A program made the position numbers and the translations under genes. Below are positions 1 to 13,456 of a DNA stretch of 64,000 nt, piece by piece; position 1 is the first letter of the stretch; each line of letters opens with the position of its first letter. The DNA comes from an uncultured Phycisphaerales bacterium. Its GTDB lineage: Bacteria > Planctomycetota > Phycisphaerae > Tepidisphaerales > Tepidisphaeraceae. The DNA is taken from positions 448,001 to 512,000 of the forward strand of contig CAVWVQ010000003.1 in the NCBI GenBank assembly GCA_963758525.1, read 5' to 3'. The notes under the pieces were generated by a model. The model did no database searches and was not told where the DNA came from. It saw only the letters and a program-made list of their open reading frames with translations.

Positions 1-1975
1 ATCGAGACTCGTCGTGTGCCCGTTGTAGGGGAAGGTGTCGAGGGCGATGTCGACGTGGCGGTACAGACTGAGGTAGTCGATGCGCGGCAACATCTGGTGA
101 AACTCGACGCGTTGTGAATCGACGCCGTTCTTCCCAAGCGACTCAGTCACCCACCGACGAGCCGATCCTTCGGGAGCGACGAGCCGGAGTCGTGACGATG
201 GCATTGCACGCAGCAGATCGCCCCAGAGCGAGAGCGTCCCAGCATTCAATTTGCAGAAGTTGTTGAGACAGCCGAACGCGATATAGCCGTTCCGGTCGGC
301 GGGAAGATCGTTGACGGGAAGATCGATCCCCATCGGATCGTAACACCAGAAGGTGTGCGGCAGCCGGATCGACTTCTCCGAAGAGAACTCGTCGGCGCAT
401 GCGTCAGGCGGATCGAGATACGGATCGCTGATGCGATAGTCGATCGTCTCCAGGCCAGTCGTTCCCGGATATCCAGCCCAGGTCATCTGTACCGGAGCGG
501 GCTTGCGCAAAGATCAGCAGGCGGTTGTGCGTGAGATGCAGCGCGAGGTCGACGAGGATGTCGATGCCGTCGCTGCGAACCATTGCCGCGGCCTCTGCGT
601 CCGACACATGAGTGATGTCCCGCCAGCGGGAGGCGCTTTCTACAAAGCGTTCGGTGAACGAGTCGGGTCGCTGCACGTTGGAATAACAGAAGATCTCAAA
701 CCCGCTCGTGTCATGGTGCGTCAGCACGGGAAGCAGGTTTCGGCCCACGACATGATCGCGAAAGTCCGGTGAAACATAAGCGATGCGAAGCGGACGGTCC
801 GGAGATCGATCGTTGAGGTGCGGCCGAATCTCGCCTGCCAAAGGCTGGGCATGACGCCGGTTCCATCGCCGCAACTCGGCGAGCGAATGCCGGCAGTCGA
901 TCGACGGATCAAAGAGTTGCGCATAGACGAGATTGTCGTGCGCTTCGCGGTAATCCGGCTGAATCGCAAGCGCCTGTGCGTACGCCTGCATCGCATCATC
1001 GAGCCGGCCAATGTCTTTGAGCGCGGAGCCGAGATTGTTGGCGGCGGCGGCGAACTTGGGTTCAATCTCCAGCGCCTCGCGAAATCGAGTGATGGCGTCG
1101 TCGGGTTGCGAAGCGGAGTGCAGCGCGCAGCCAAGATCAAATCGCGCAACCGGCGAATTCGGATTGATGGCGATGGCGCGCACGTAGTGCTTGCTCGCGT
1201 CTAGCGGGGCTCCAGCTTTCATCTGCGCGTTGCCCAGGCGGAGCAACGCGTCGAAGTCGTCGGGATGCATCGAAACGAACCGGAGGTGAATATCAATTGC
1301 CTCGGGAAGTTGCCCGATCTCTTCCAACGCGTCGGCAAGCCGCGCCAGCACCTCCGAATGCGCGGGCTCAGTCCTGAGCGCCTGGCGGTAGAACTGGATT
1401 GCCTCCGCGATTGCTCCGGATTCGCAGAGGCAATTGCCGAGGTTATTGAGCGCTTCGACGTGATCAGGCCGCAGAGAGAGCACGCGACGATACGATGCGA
1501 TCGCGTCCTCGCGACGAGATCGGGCGTGATACGCGTTGCCAAGGTTGTTGTGCGCGCCAGCGAGATTCGGATCGAGACCAATCGCGGTTTGCAGGGCCTC
1601 GATGGCTTCGTCGAGTCTTCCATCCGCTCGGAGAGCCGCGCCCAGGCGATTGTGAAACTCCGCGCGGGTTGGCGCCAGGGCCAGCGCCTGGCGATAACAT
1701 TTGATCGCGTGATCGAGTTCGCCGCGCGCCTGCAGGACCAGCCCGAGATTGGCATATGCCTCGGGCGCATCTGGCTGCAGCGCGATCGACCGGGCGAGCA
1801 ATTCGCGGGCCGCTTCATTCTTGCCGGTCTGATGGGCGAGCACGCCGAGCATGTGCAGCGCGTCGGCGTGATGCGGATTTGCCGTAAGAATCTGGCGGTA
1901 GAGCATCTCGGCCTGCGGAAGCCGGCCTTGATTGTGGTTGCGGAGAGCGGCTTGGAGCGTCTCGGTGGGGTTCAC
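1..1975 (-). CDS. TPR + GT41 (SPINDLY/OGT-like) glycosyltransferase; frameshift near 505; runs off the window edge
   Basis: TPR repeats, then RIAYVSPDFRDHVV and DGIDILVDL. After the shift the frame continues KPAPVQMTWAGYPGTTGL...FGCLNNFCK...DIALDTFPYNGHTT to position 1. Confidence 0.9.
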
Positions 1976-2715
1976 GTGGAACGTCCGCTTTCTCTGCGCA
2001 GTTGCCGGGCCACATCCGCAAGGTGCTGATGCGCGAGTTCGCAGCCATAATCAACCGCGATGGTTTCGCGAAACAGCCGCATCTTTTCCAACGGATCGGT
2101 TTCGTTCTCCGCGCGGGCGAGAAATGGCGCGTGAAGCCGTTCCCAGAGAGCCATGGTCTGGGCGTAGGTTTCCACCGACCCCGCCCTTCTCCCAGCCGGA
2201 AGTTCCTCCGGCCGGAGTATCAGGGAGTTCTCCGGGAGCCTGCCTCGGAGATCTTCAAGCGTACGCGGGAGCGGCGCTGGGATCGGGTCATGTTCCCTCG
2301 GGACGATCACAACGATCCGCGCGTCTTCGACAGGATAGACAGCCGCCAGAAATGATTCGAGGTATAGCTTCTCATTGATTGCCCGGGCGCACACCCGCAG
2401 TGCCGGCACGGTCGTGCCCCAACCCGCGACCAGAAGCTGGCCCTGGGAAATTTCATCCGCGGCCCGCAAGTAAAAAGCGTCAGAATCAGATCGCGCCACA
2501 AGATCCAGGCATACTGTCCCCTCGCCACATCGCTGGCGGCGCTGACGGCGCGTTTCCTGCAAGGGCAGATACAGCCGCGAAAGAACATCCCACGCCCGCC
2601 CTTCCCAGGCCGCCGCCTCGGCGCCGGCCAACACCCGCTCCGCTTCCAGGTATTGCATCTCCATCAGGAGACGCTGGCCAAGCTCGCACTGCTCCTCGAT
2701 TTCCGCGAAGGACAT
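1972..2715 (-). CDS. Hypothetical protein (247 aa)
   Basis: Protein-like ORF with a 4-bp overlap onto the downstream start. Confidence 0.75.
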   Translation of the reverse strand: MSFAEIEEQCELGQRLLMEMQYLEAERVLAGAEAAAWEGRAWDVLSRLYLPLQETRRQRRQRCGEGTVCLDLVARSDSDAFYLRAADEISQGQLLVAGWGTTVPALRVCARAINEKLYLESFLAAVYPVEDARIVVIVPREHDPIPAPLPRTLEDLRGRLPENSLILRPEELPAGRRAGSVETYAQTMALWERLHAPFLARAENETDPLEKMRLFRETIAVDYGCELAHQHLADVARQLRRESGRST

Positions 2716-2751
2716 GCGATCAGGTTACGCACAAGGATTGGGATTGGAAAT

Positions 2752-3015
2752 GGGTTCAGGGTTCAGGGTTCAGGGTTCAGGGTTCAGGAAGAATCGTATT
2801 TCGCTGAACCCGGAACAGGAACACTCTTTACACTGCGCTCGTCGAACGGTTGAAGGTTTCAGGGAGGATCGTATTTCGCTGAACCCTGACACCCTGAACC
2901 CTCCCATGCTGACGCCCTGAACCCGAACACCCTTACGCTGCGCTCGTCGACCGATTCAAGCGTTCGGCGAGAATCGCATTTCGCCGAACCCTGAACCCTG
3001 ACACCCTGAACCCTG
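2752..3015. repeat. Heptamer inverted tandem element, (GGGTTCA)n / (TGAACCC)n
   Basis: Five GGGTTCA copies at 2752-2786, inverse copies up to 3015, and three GAATCGTATTTCGCTGAACC-like units. Confidence 0.9.
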
Positions 3016-3023
3016 CCGCCCTC

Positions 3024-3623
3024 TCATGCTGCGATCGTCGACCGGACGGCATCGAGCGCGGCGATCCAGCGCAAGGTGGAACGGCTCATCTCGTAGGTGA
3101 GCGTGTCGCTGAGCGTGACGAAGTCACGCATTTCTAGCGAAGATCGAATTTCGCGAAGCTGACCGGCAAATTCGGCGACGAAATCGTGGAGGGAGCATTC
3201 TTCGACGCGGACCTTTGCCAGATCGACACGAAGCAATTGGGCGGTTTTCCGCACGGATTCCTGAGCATGTTGCCAGGTGCTGAAGCAGCCGCTGAGGCGC
3301 TGCATCGCCCCCATCGGATTGTTGCGGCCCAGAAGCTCGACGGCTTCGGTCTTGAGCCGCTCGGCTTCGAGGAGTTGCTGTTCGACTTCATACAGCACGT
3401 CGAGGGCCATTTGCCTGGGCTCGACGGTTTCGATGTAGACGGTGTGACCGAGCAGCAGGGATTTGCGAACGCCGTCCACCTTGCTGAGGTCGGGTTCCAG
3501 GCCGTCGATGAGGAGATTCACGACCAGCCGGTTTTCCCGCTGGACATGGGTGAGCACCTCGCCCACCGTGTGCAGGCCAAGTTGTTCAGCGGCCAACTGT
3601 TCACGATCGACGGTAACAGACAT
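3024..3623 (-). CDS. Hypothetical protein (199 aa, predicted helical)
   Basis: Protein-like ORF with GGAGG upstream. Confidence 0.8.
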   Translation of the reverse strand: MSVTVDREQLAAEQLGLHTVGEVLTHVQRENRLVVNLLIDGLEPDLSKVDGVRKSLLLGHTVYIETVEPRQMALDVLYEVEQQLLEAERLKTEAVELLGRNNPMGAMQRLSGCFSTWQHAQESVRKTAQLLRVDLAKVRVEECSLHDFVAEFAGQLREIRSSLEMRDFVTLSDTLTYEMSRSTLRWIAALDAVRSTIAA

Positions 3624-3695
3624 AGCGGAACCTCCCGGTGGTCTGAATAGTTATCGGTCGTTGGCGCCCGGAAGCTTGAGAAGGTCCGATAAGGG

Positions 3696-3829
3696 ATTTG
3701 AAATCTGAGATATCTCTGAGATCCGAGATGTGATCTGAAATTTGAGATCTGAGATTTCAGATCTGAAATTTGAGCAAGGTGCGAGGCAGAGACCTTCTGA
3801 TCTCAAATTTCAAATCTGAAATTTGCAAA
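3696..3829. repeat. AT-rich heptamer element (ATCTGAG/ATTTGAA and inverse)
   Basis: 7-bp periodicity; same family as 52388-52553. Confidence 0.85.
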
Positions 3830-3834
3830 CCCGG

Positions 3835-4651
3835 CTACGTCCGCCCATTTGCTGGCAGGAAAATCGAAAACGTAGTCCCCTTGCCGATCTCCGACTCTAC
3901 TTCGATCCGTCCGCGATGCCCCTCGACGATCTCTTTGCAGATCGCCAGGCCCAACCCCGTCCCCTTCGCTTCTCCGCGCCGGGCGGTGCTCTTGGTGGTG
4001 AAAAACGGCTCGAAAATCCGCGACACCAGCTTCGGCGGAATGCCCGGGCCGGTGTCACTGACCTGCAGGCAGATTTCGCCGGCTCCCGTCGTGTTAGCCC
4101 GAATAATGATCGCCCCCCCGCGGCCGAGCATCGCCTGGCGGGCATTAATCAGCAGGTTCAGCAACACCTGCTCGAGTTGGATCGCATCGCCATATACCGC
4201 CAGGTCGGGCTGAACCTGCACGCGCAGCGCAATGCCGTCTTTCTGCGGGTCCCGCGCGAGCACGGCCAGGGTCTCCTCGACCAACTGCTGCACGCTCACT
4301 TGCGCCGGCGACGACTCGCCCCGCGCAAGACCCAGCATCGAGGAACAAATCCGGCCGGCCTTGGTGGCGCTGCTAAATGCCTTGCCCAGTGCCTTGCAGA
4401 TCAATTCCATGTCCGGGTTCTGACTCTGCGCTGGTGAGGGCAAATTGCGAATAGCTGACGATCGGCGTCAATAGATTGTTGAATTCGTGAGCGATGACGG
4501 CACTGATCGTGCCGATCGTGGCCAGACGCTGTGATTCGGTCAGTTGCTCGTGCAGGGAATCCAACTGGATTTGCATCTGCCCGATCTGATCGATAACCAC
4601 GTTGCTGGACGAGTCTGTGGAGGGACTGGGATCGCTCACCGTAACGAACAT
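3835..4651 (-). CDS. Histidine kinase (HisKA + HATPase_c, no obvious sensor domain); frameshift near 4420
   Basis: H-box AHEFNNLL in one frame; NLLINA, DTGPGI, FEPFFTTK, GTGLGL in the next. Confidence 0.88.
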
Positions 4652-4775
4652 ATCGGCGAGCGGGATGAACCGGCTTGACGATGCTTCGGCCAGGGCGGTG
4701 GCGGGGACTATCGGACCTGCATCAATTCGCGGCCGCTCAAGATTGCACGCGGCATCGTGTTCCCCTTCAAAGACA

Positions 4776-4798
4776 CGGCGGGATAAATCCCGCCCTAC
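4776..4798. repeat. GTAG-type REP (GTAGGGCGGGATTYATCCCGCCG family)
   Basis: Palindrome ending CTAC; related copies at 4903-4920, 45397-45417 and 46922-46989. Confidence 0.8.
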
Positions 4799-4909
4799 AA
4801 AATGCAACGCGTTTGTACGGTGTCGGGCGGGATCCGTGCTGCCCAGCCTGCATTCCGCACTGGCGCTCGATACGTTCGAATCATTCCGTTTCCAGCATAT
4901 CCGGCGGAT

Positions 4910-6021
4910 TCATCCCGCCGACTGCTCCGCTGCCTTGAGCAACTCGCCGGCGGCATATCGGATTTGCTCTTCGGTCAGTTCCGGATAGATCGGCATCGCG
5001 ATCACCTCCCGGCAGGCCCGCTCGGTTTCCGGCAGATCGCCTTCGCGGCAGCCCAGGTAGGCGAAGCATTCCTGCTGGTGCAAGGGGAGAGGATAGTAGA
5101 TGGCGCTGCCGACGTTCCGCTCCGTCAGACGCGCGCGAATGGTGTCGCGATTCTTCACGCGGACGACATACTGGTTGTAGATGCTGTAATTTCCCGGCTC
5201 GATCAGGGGCGCGACGACGGCGCTGCCGGCCAGGAGGCTGTCGTACAGCGCGGCATTCCTGCGGCGGGCTTCGTGCCAGCGGTTGAGATACTTGAGCTTG
5301 ACATCGAGCACGGCGGCCTGAATCGCGGCGAGACGGAACATGCCGCCGATCATCTTGTGGTGATACTGATGTCCGGAGCCGTGCACGCGCAGCAGCCGGC
5401 AGTTTTCGGCAAGTTCATCATCGCTGGTGCAGATGGCGCCGGCGTCGCCGAATGCGCCTAGATTCTTCGTCGGGTAGAAGCTGAGACATCCCGCCAGGCT
5501 CATTGAGCAGGCGGGTTTGCCGTTGCGCTGGCGCCGATAGCCTGGGCCGCGTCTTCGATCACCTTGACCCCATGCCGCTCGGCGATCGCATTGATCGCCT
5601 CCATGTTGGCGGTTTGGCCGAACAGGTGGACGGGGATGATGGCGCGCGTCTTCGGCGTAATTTTCGCTTCGAGGAGGCTCGAATCCAGATTGAATGTGCG
5701 CGGATCGATCTCCGCGAAAACGGGGATCGCGCCCAGCCGCGCGATGCAGCCGGCGGTGGCAAAAAACGTGAACGACGGACAGATCACCTCATCGCCGGGC
5801 TTGATGCCAATTGCCATCATCGCGCAAAGCAGCGCGTCGGTTCCGCTGCTGACGCCGATGGCGTGCTTCGTCTGGCAGTAAGCCGCCAGATTTCGTTCGA
5901 ACCGCTCAACGTGCGGCCCGAGCACCAGCGACTGGGCATCGCACACTTCATCAATGGCCCGGCGAATCTCGTTGCGGAGAGGGAGATATTGCCCCTGAAG
6001 ATCGAGCAGCTTGACTTGCAT
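4910..6021 (-). CDS. DegT/DnrJ/EryC1/StrS PLP aminotransferase; frameshift near 5530
   Basis: SSGTDAL, PVHLFGQ, IEDAAQA, SFYPTKNLGAFGDAG. Confidence 0.92.
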
Positions 6022-6200
6022 GATGATTAGGCGATCCGTTAGAGATGAACGATGGTCTGCATTTATTTCCTCGCCGCCGGCAGATGAGGCAACAAGCATC
6101 CATCTACCCGCCTGTGGGATGCAGGTCAATGATGACACGATGCCCGCTGACACGATGCCCGCAGTTGCCTCGAGCTCGACCGACGATACGATTCGCGGCG

Positions 6201-7088
6201 ATGGCTCACACGCGAACCGGAAGATTCCCGATCGGCTTTCGTCCCCGCGGCGCGGCCTGGGCGAGCGATCTCGATGGCGTCATTCGCTTTGCGCTTGCAA
6301 ACGGATTTGAGGGCATCGACGCCACGAATCCGGATGAGGGAGATCTGAGGCGAATTCGCGACGCGGGACTTCGCATCGGATCGGCAGACCTGAAGCAGCC
6401 GTGGCCCGATCTGGCGTCCCCTTCGCGGGAGCTTCGGGAGGCTGCCGCGAAAATGAATGCCGATTGGATTTCGCAAGCGGTTGCCGTCGGGGTGACGAAC
6501 TTCTTCGCCGTGATGATCCCGGCAGAGCACGATGGCGCGCGGAGCGAGAACTTTGCATTTGCCGTCGACGGCTACGCTCGCCTGGCCCGCGCGATCGAAC
6601 CTTTGGGGGCCAAGGTGGTTCTGGAGGGCTGGCCGGGCCGGGCCCCGCAATACAGCTCGCTAGCATGCACGCCCGCGGAATTACGGACTCTGTTCAAGGC
6701 CATCGATTCAAACGCCATCGGAATCAATTTCGATCCGTCGCATCTGGTGCGCATGGGGATCGATCCAATGCGATTCCTCGATGAGTTCGCTTCCCGCGTA
6801 TTTCACGTACATGCAAAGGACACTCTGTTCCTCGAAGAGGAGTTGTACGAGCTCGGAAATCTTCAGCCGGCGACCTTCACCAAGCCGCATGTGTTTGGCG
6901 GCCATCACTGGCGGTACACGATTCCCGGACGAGGGGTGGTGCCGTGGACGCGGCTTTTCTCGCGACTGGAACGGGCAGGATATCGCGGGCTGGTCAGCGT
7001 GGAATTGGAAGATGAGGACTTCCACGGATCCGAGTCGGCCGAACAAAGCGGACTGATCGCATCCCGCGATTTTCTGGTTGGCGTTTGA
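6201..7088 (+). CDS. Sugar phosphate isomerase/epimerase (xylose isomerase-like TIM barrel)
   Basis: NFDPSH, HVHAKD, PGRG, SVELED. Confidence 0.88.
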   Translation: MAHTRTGRFPIGFRPRGAAWASDLDGVIRFALANGFEGIDATNPDEGDLRRIRDAGLRIGSADLKQPWPDLASPSRELREAAAKMNADWISQAVAVGVTNFFAVMIPAEHDGARSENFAFAVDGYARLARAIEPLGAKVVLEGWPGRAPQYSSLACTPAELRTLFKAIDSNAIGINFDPSHLVRMGIDPMRFLDEFASRVFHVHAKDTLFLEEELYELGNLQPATFTKPHVFGGHHWRYTIPGRGVVPWTRLFSRLERAGYRGLVSVELEDEDFHGSESAEQSGLIASRDFLVGV

Positions 7089-7158
7089 TATACCTCGCAC
7101 CCAACGGATACTCGCTTGATCCGGCCATCTAAGGCATAATGTCTGCCCGAGGTCTGCA

Positions 7159-8364
7159 ATGGATCGACACACCATTCTTGTCGTTGACGATGAGCCGGAT
7201 GTCGTCAAGAGCGTCAAGGATCTGCTGCGCCTGGATTACAAGGTGCTGGGCGCAACGCGCGCTTCGGAGGCAGTGGAAATTCTTCGCAAGCAGGAAGTGC
7301 ATCTGGTCATGACCGACCAGCGCATGCCGGAAATGACCGGCGTGCAATTTCTCAGCAAGGTGCGCGGCGATTATCCGGAAGCGATCCGGCTGCTCTTCAC
7401 CGGCTACGCGGACATCCGCGCGGTGATCGACGCGATCAATCAGGGGAATGTATACCGTTACATCACCAAGCCGTGGGACCCCGATGAGCTGCAGAGCGTC
7501 ATTCGCGAGGCATGCGAACGATACGATCTGCTTGTGGAGCGCAAGCGCCTGTTCGCATTGCTGCAGACCAAAAACCAGGAGCTGGAGACGGCCAACAATC
7601 AGCTTCGCACCGCCAATGAACTGAAGACCAACTTCATTCAGGTCGCCAGCCATGAGTTGCGCACGCCGTTGACCATCCTGCTGGGCCTCGCCGGGGTGGC
7701 TCAGCGTCCGACCACTCCGCCGCCGGAGCAGAAGCTGTGGCTGAAGAAGATCGAGCAGGCGGGGACGCGGCTGCAGCGGATCGTCGATCAACTGGTCTCC
7801 ATGCTGACCGCCAATCAGTTTGACCGGACACTGGAGCGCAAGCCGACCGATATTTCCTGCGTGCTGCGCGACGCGAGCGAAGACATCCGGCCGTTCATCG
7901 AATTGCGAAAGCAAACGCTCTCGCTGGACATTCCGGATCTGGGCGAGGTGTCGGTCGATGCCGGAAAGGTGCGGGACTGCGTCAACCATCTTTTGCTCAA
8001 CGCGATCAAGTTTACTCCCGATGGCGGGCGCATCACCCTGAGCGCCCGCGGCTCCGCCCGCGAAGGCGTCGAAGGTTTTGAAATCAACGTCAGCGACACC
8101 GGCGCCGGGATCGATCCGCAGGCACAGCCGCGGCTCTTCGAGCCCTTCTTCACCGGGTTTGACGTCTCACATCATTCGTCGGGCTATTTCGAGCATGGGA
8201 AAAAGGGGATCGGTTTGGGACTGTCGATCGTCCGGGCATTCGTTGACTTGCACGGAGGGACGATCCAGGTCAAAAGCGAGGTTGGGCACGGCAGCACGTT
8301 CACGCTCTGGCTTCCATCAGCGGCGCCGGTTGGCGCGCCGGCCTCGTCGGCTACGGGGAAGTGA
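7159..8364 (+). CDS. Hybrid receiver-histidine kinase
   Basis: ILVVDDE, DQRMP, YITKPW; SHELRTPL, NAIKF, GIGLGL. Confidence 0.95.
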   Translation: MDRHTILVVDDEPDVVKSVKDLLRLDYKVLGATRASEAVEILRKQEVHLVMTDQRMPEMTGVQFLSKVRGDYPEAIRLLFTGYADIRAVIDAINQGNVYRYITKPWDPDELQSVIREACERYDLLVERKRLFALLQTKNQELETANNQLRTANELKTNFIQVASHELRTPLTILLGLAGVAQRPTTPPPEQKLWLKKIEQAGTRLQRIVDQLVSMLTANQFDRTLERKPTDISCVLRDASEDIRPFIELRKQTLSLDIPDLGEVSVDAGKVRDCVNHLLLNAIKFTPDGGRITLSARGSAREGVEGFEINVSDTGAGIDPQAQPRLFEPFFTGFDVSHHSSGYFEHGKKGIGLGLSIVRAFVDLHGGTIQVKSEVGHGSTFTLWLPSAAPVGAPASSATGK

Positions 8365-8367
8365 TTC

Positions 8368-10929
<2,562 letters not shown>

Positions 10930-10933
<4 letters not shown>

Positions 10934-11331
10934 GCGGGCGATCGCCCGGCTTCAATCCGATTTTGATATTTGCCGAGCGTGGCGATCAGCCGATCCGGGT
11001 CGAAGGGCTTGGTCAGATATTCGTCGGCTCCGCAGGAAAGTCCCTTTTGCCGGGAGGCATCGTCCGCGAGCGCCGTCAGCATGATCACGATAACCTTCTT
11101 GCCGCTCTGTTCGGCGCAAACGCGCCGGCAGATTTCGAATCCGTCCAGATCGGGGAGCATCACGTCGAGAATGACAACGTCAGGCTTGTGCGAACGGTAT
11201 TCGCGCAGGGCGGAATTTCCGTCCAGGGCGGAGCGATAATGGCAGCCGGATATTTCCACGTACGCGCCGACGAGGCGGTTGATCTCTGCGTCATCCTCAA
11301 CGACCAGCACATCCGCTTGCAACATATTCAT
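10930..11331 (-). CDS. Single-domain response regulator
   Basis: VVEDD, LDVMLP, MLTA, YLTKPF. Confidence 0.93.
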
Positions 11332-11402
11332 GCTCCCAAACGTCTGCGGAAGTTATAATCGAATTCCGCAGGCAGGTCACCGTTCCGAATGAAGGAGAAC
11401 CG

Positions 11403-11876
11403 ATGCCACCGTGGAACCGGCCCGCACAGGCGCAGCTGTGGAGCGCAATCGAGATCTATCTTTCGCACGCCTACGGGGAGCCCCCGCCGCCCGCTGTCCG
11501 CGCGCGGCTCCAGACGCTGCGCGCCACCGTCGGCGAAGATCTGTTTGTCTCTCCCCTGTTCGAGCGCACTCACGACGGCGGCGCGATCATCCGCTACAGC
11601 CTGCGCCTGGGAAATCGCTTCTATCCGCACATGAAGCTGGCAATTGAGCGTGCGCCGGCGGGATCGCGTCATCTGTTCCGCGTTGATACCCACGACCGGC
11701 ACGTGAGACCCCCGGCCGGCTCGTCCGAGGAACAGGCCTTCGCGAATCTGCTGGCCAACAATCAAAGCAGCGCCGAAGCAATTGAGGCGGCCTGGGAACA
11801 CGCGGGGATACCCACGTTCAAGGCCTATCTCCGTGAGGATTTGGCCCGCCGCGGCGATACGCAGCAACACCATTGA
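11403..11876 (+). CDS. Hypothetical protein (157 aa)
   Basis: AAGGAG RBS; protein-like composition. Confidence 0.75.
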   Translation: MPPWNRPAQAQLWSAIEIYLSHAYGEPPPPAVRARLQTLRATVGEDLFVSPLFERTHDGGAIIRYSLRLGNRFYPHMKLAIERAPAGSRHLFRVDTHDRHVRPPAGSSEEQAFANLLANNQSSAEAIEAAWEHAGIPTFKAYLREDLARRGDTQQHH

Positions 11877-11924
11877 TCGTGCCGCATTTCACGCCCGCGC
11901 GTTTCGCCGTATTCTTCTCATCCG

Positions 11925-13226
11925 ATGAGCGATATTGCTGTCGAACCGATCGAAGGCGCGTTTGCGGTTTCGATCACGCCGCCGGGCTCCAAGAGTCTGA
12001 CCAACCGCGCGCTGGTTCTGGCCGCGCTTGCCGATGGTGAGTGCGAGCTGTCGAACGTGCTGTTTGCTGATGACACGCTGGTGATGCTCGAATGTCTCCA
12101 GATCCTCGGCTTCGCTCCCGCCATCGACCGTGAAGCTCGCCGGGTAAAGATCGTCGGGCGTCGCGGCGAGATTCCCGAATCATCCGCGCAACTGTTTTGT
12201 GGAAACAGCGGAACGACCATTCGCTTCCTTGCCGCGCTCTGCTCATTGGGGCGCGGCAGTTTCACGCTCGACGGAATCCCCCGCATGCGCGAACGCCCCA
12301 TCGGTGAACTCGTCGATCTGCTCCGCAGTCTTGGGACGCGCATCAACTACGCCGGGGCGACCGGATTCCCTCCGATCGCAGTCGCCGCTGACTCGCTGCC
12401 GGGCGGACTGGCGCGCTTTCACACCGCGCGGTCGTCGCAATATCTCTCCGCCGTCCTGCAAGTCGCCCCCTACGCACGGCATGAGGTGCGCATCGATCTC
12501 CTGGGCCCGCAGACGAGCTGGCCGTACGTCGCGATGACCATGCGGCTCATGGATGAATTCGGCCATACTCCCGAACTGGTCCGCGACCGCGACACCGGCG
12601 ATCCCAGGCAAATCATCATTCCCCGCGGCAACTACGCGGCAACGAGCTACGCCATCGAGCCTGACGCGAGCAACGCCACCTACTTTCTGGGCATCGCGGC
12701 CGTCCATCCCGGCGCAAAGGTGACGATTCCCGGTCTCGGCAAACACAGCCTCCAGGGAGATGTCGGATTCGCCAACGTGCTCGGGAAAATGGGAGCGGAG
12801 GTGCGGATCACCAGCGATTCCATTGAGCTGACCGGCCCCGCCCAACTGAAAGGAATCGACATCGATCTGGCCGCGATGCCCGACACCGCCCAGACGCTCG
12901 CGGTCGTTGCGCTGTTCGCGGAGGGAACGACGACCCTCCGCGGGCTTCATACACTGCGCGTCAAGGAAACCGATCGCATCGCGGCACTCGCAGCCGAACT
13001 TACAAAGCTCGGAGCGATGGTGCGCATTGAGGACGATGATCTGATCATCACCCCTCCGCGAGTCGTCACGCCCGCATCGATCGGAACGTACGACGATCAC
13101 CGCATGGCCATGGCCTTCGCCATAGCCGGCACCCGCATCCCGGGAATCACAATTCAAAACGCCGAATGCGTGAATAAAACCTACCCGGAATACTTCCTGG
13201 ATTTGGCACGTTGCTGCAGCCAATAG
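11925..13226 (+). CDS. aroA: 3-phosphoshikimate 1-carboxyvinyltransferase (EPSP synthase)
   Basis: PGSKSLTNRA, GNSGTTIRF, SSQYLS, LRVKETDRI, DDHRMAM. Confidence 0.97.
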   Translation: MSDIAVEPIEGAFAVSITPPGSKSLTNRALVLAALADGECELSNVLFADDTLVMLECLQILGFAPAIDREARRVKIVGRRGEIPESSAQLFCGNSGTTIRFLAALCSLGRGSFTLDGIPRMRERPIGELVDLLRSLGTRINYAGATGFPPIAVAADSLPGGLARFHTARSSQYLSAVLQVAPYARHEVRIDLLGPQTSWPYVAMTMRLMDEFGHTPELVRDRDTGDPRQIIIPRGNYAATSYAIEPDASNATYFLGIAAVHPGAKVTIPGLGKHSLQGDVGFANVLGKMGAEVRITSDSIELTGPAQLKGIDIDLAAMPDTAQTLAVVALFAEGTTTLRGLHTLRVKETDRIAALAAELTKLGAMVRIEDDDLIITPPRVVTPASIGTYDDHRMAMAFAIAGTRIPGITIQNAECVNKTYPEYFLDLARCCSQ

Positions 13227-13236
13227 CCGCCGCGGT

Positions 13237-13446
13237 GTGATTCTGATTCTGGCGCTGGTTCTCGACCGCGCCATCCTGGAACTGGTCAACATCGATCCTG
13301 CCAATCCAGTGGAGATTTCCACCGATGACGGCCGGCGGCTCATCGTCACGCCAGTAAGGGATGCCAAAAGACGGGACACGGTCCGTGCGACCCTCGCGGC
13401 AGTGAACAAAAAACACGGCGGCGCGCTGAAACGGCTCGCGGAGTGA
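13237..13446 (+). pseudogene. AbrB/MazE-like antitoxin remnant, 5'-truncated, no toxin partner
   Basis: ALVLDRAILELVNID...LIVTPV...GGALKRLAE; the usual N-terminal GNS segment is absent. Confidence 0.6.
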
Positions 13447-13456
13447 CGCGTCATTT

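Noticed and set aside
2786..3015. Mini-CRISPR from three GAATCGTATTTCGCTGAACC-like units
   Set aside because: Spacing is irregular and the intervening sequences are themselves repeated
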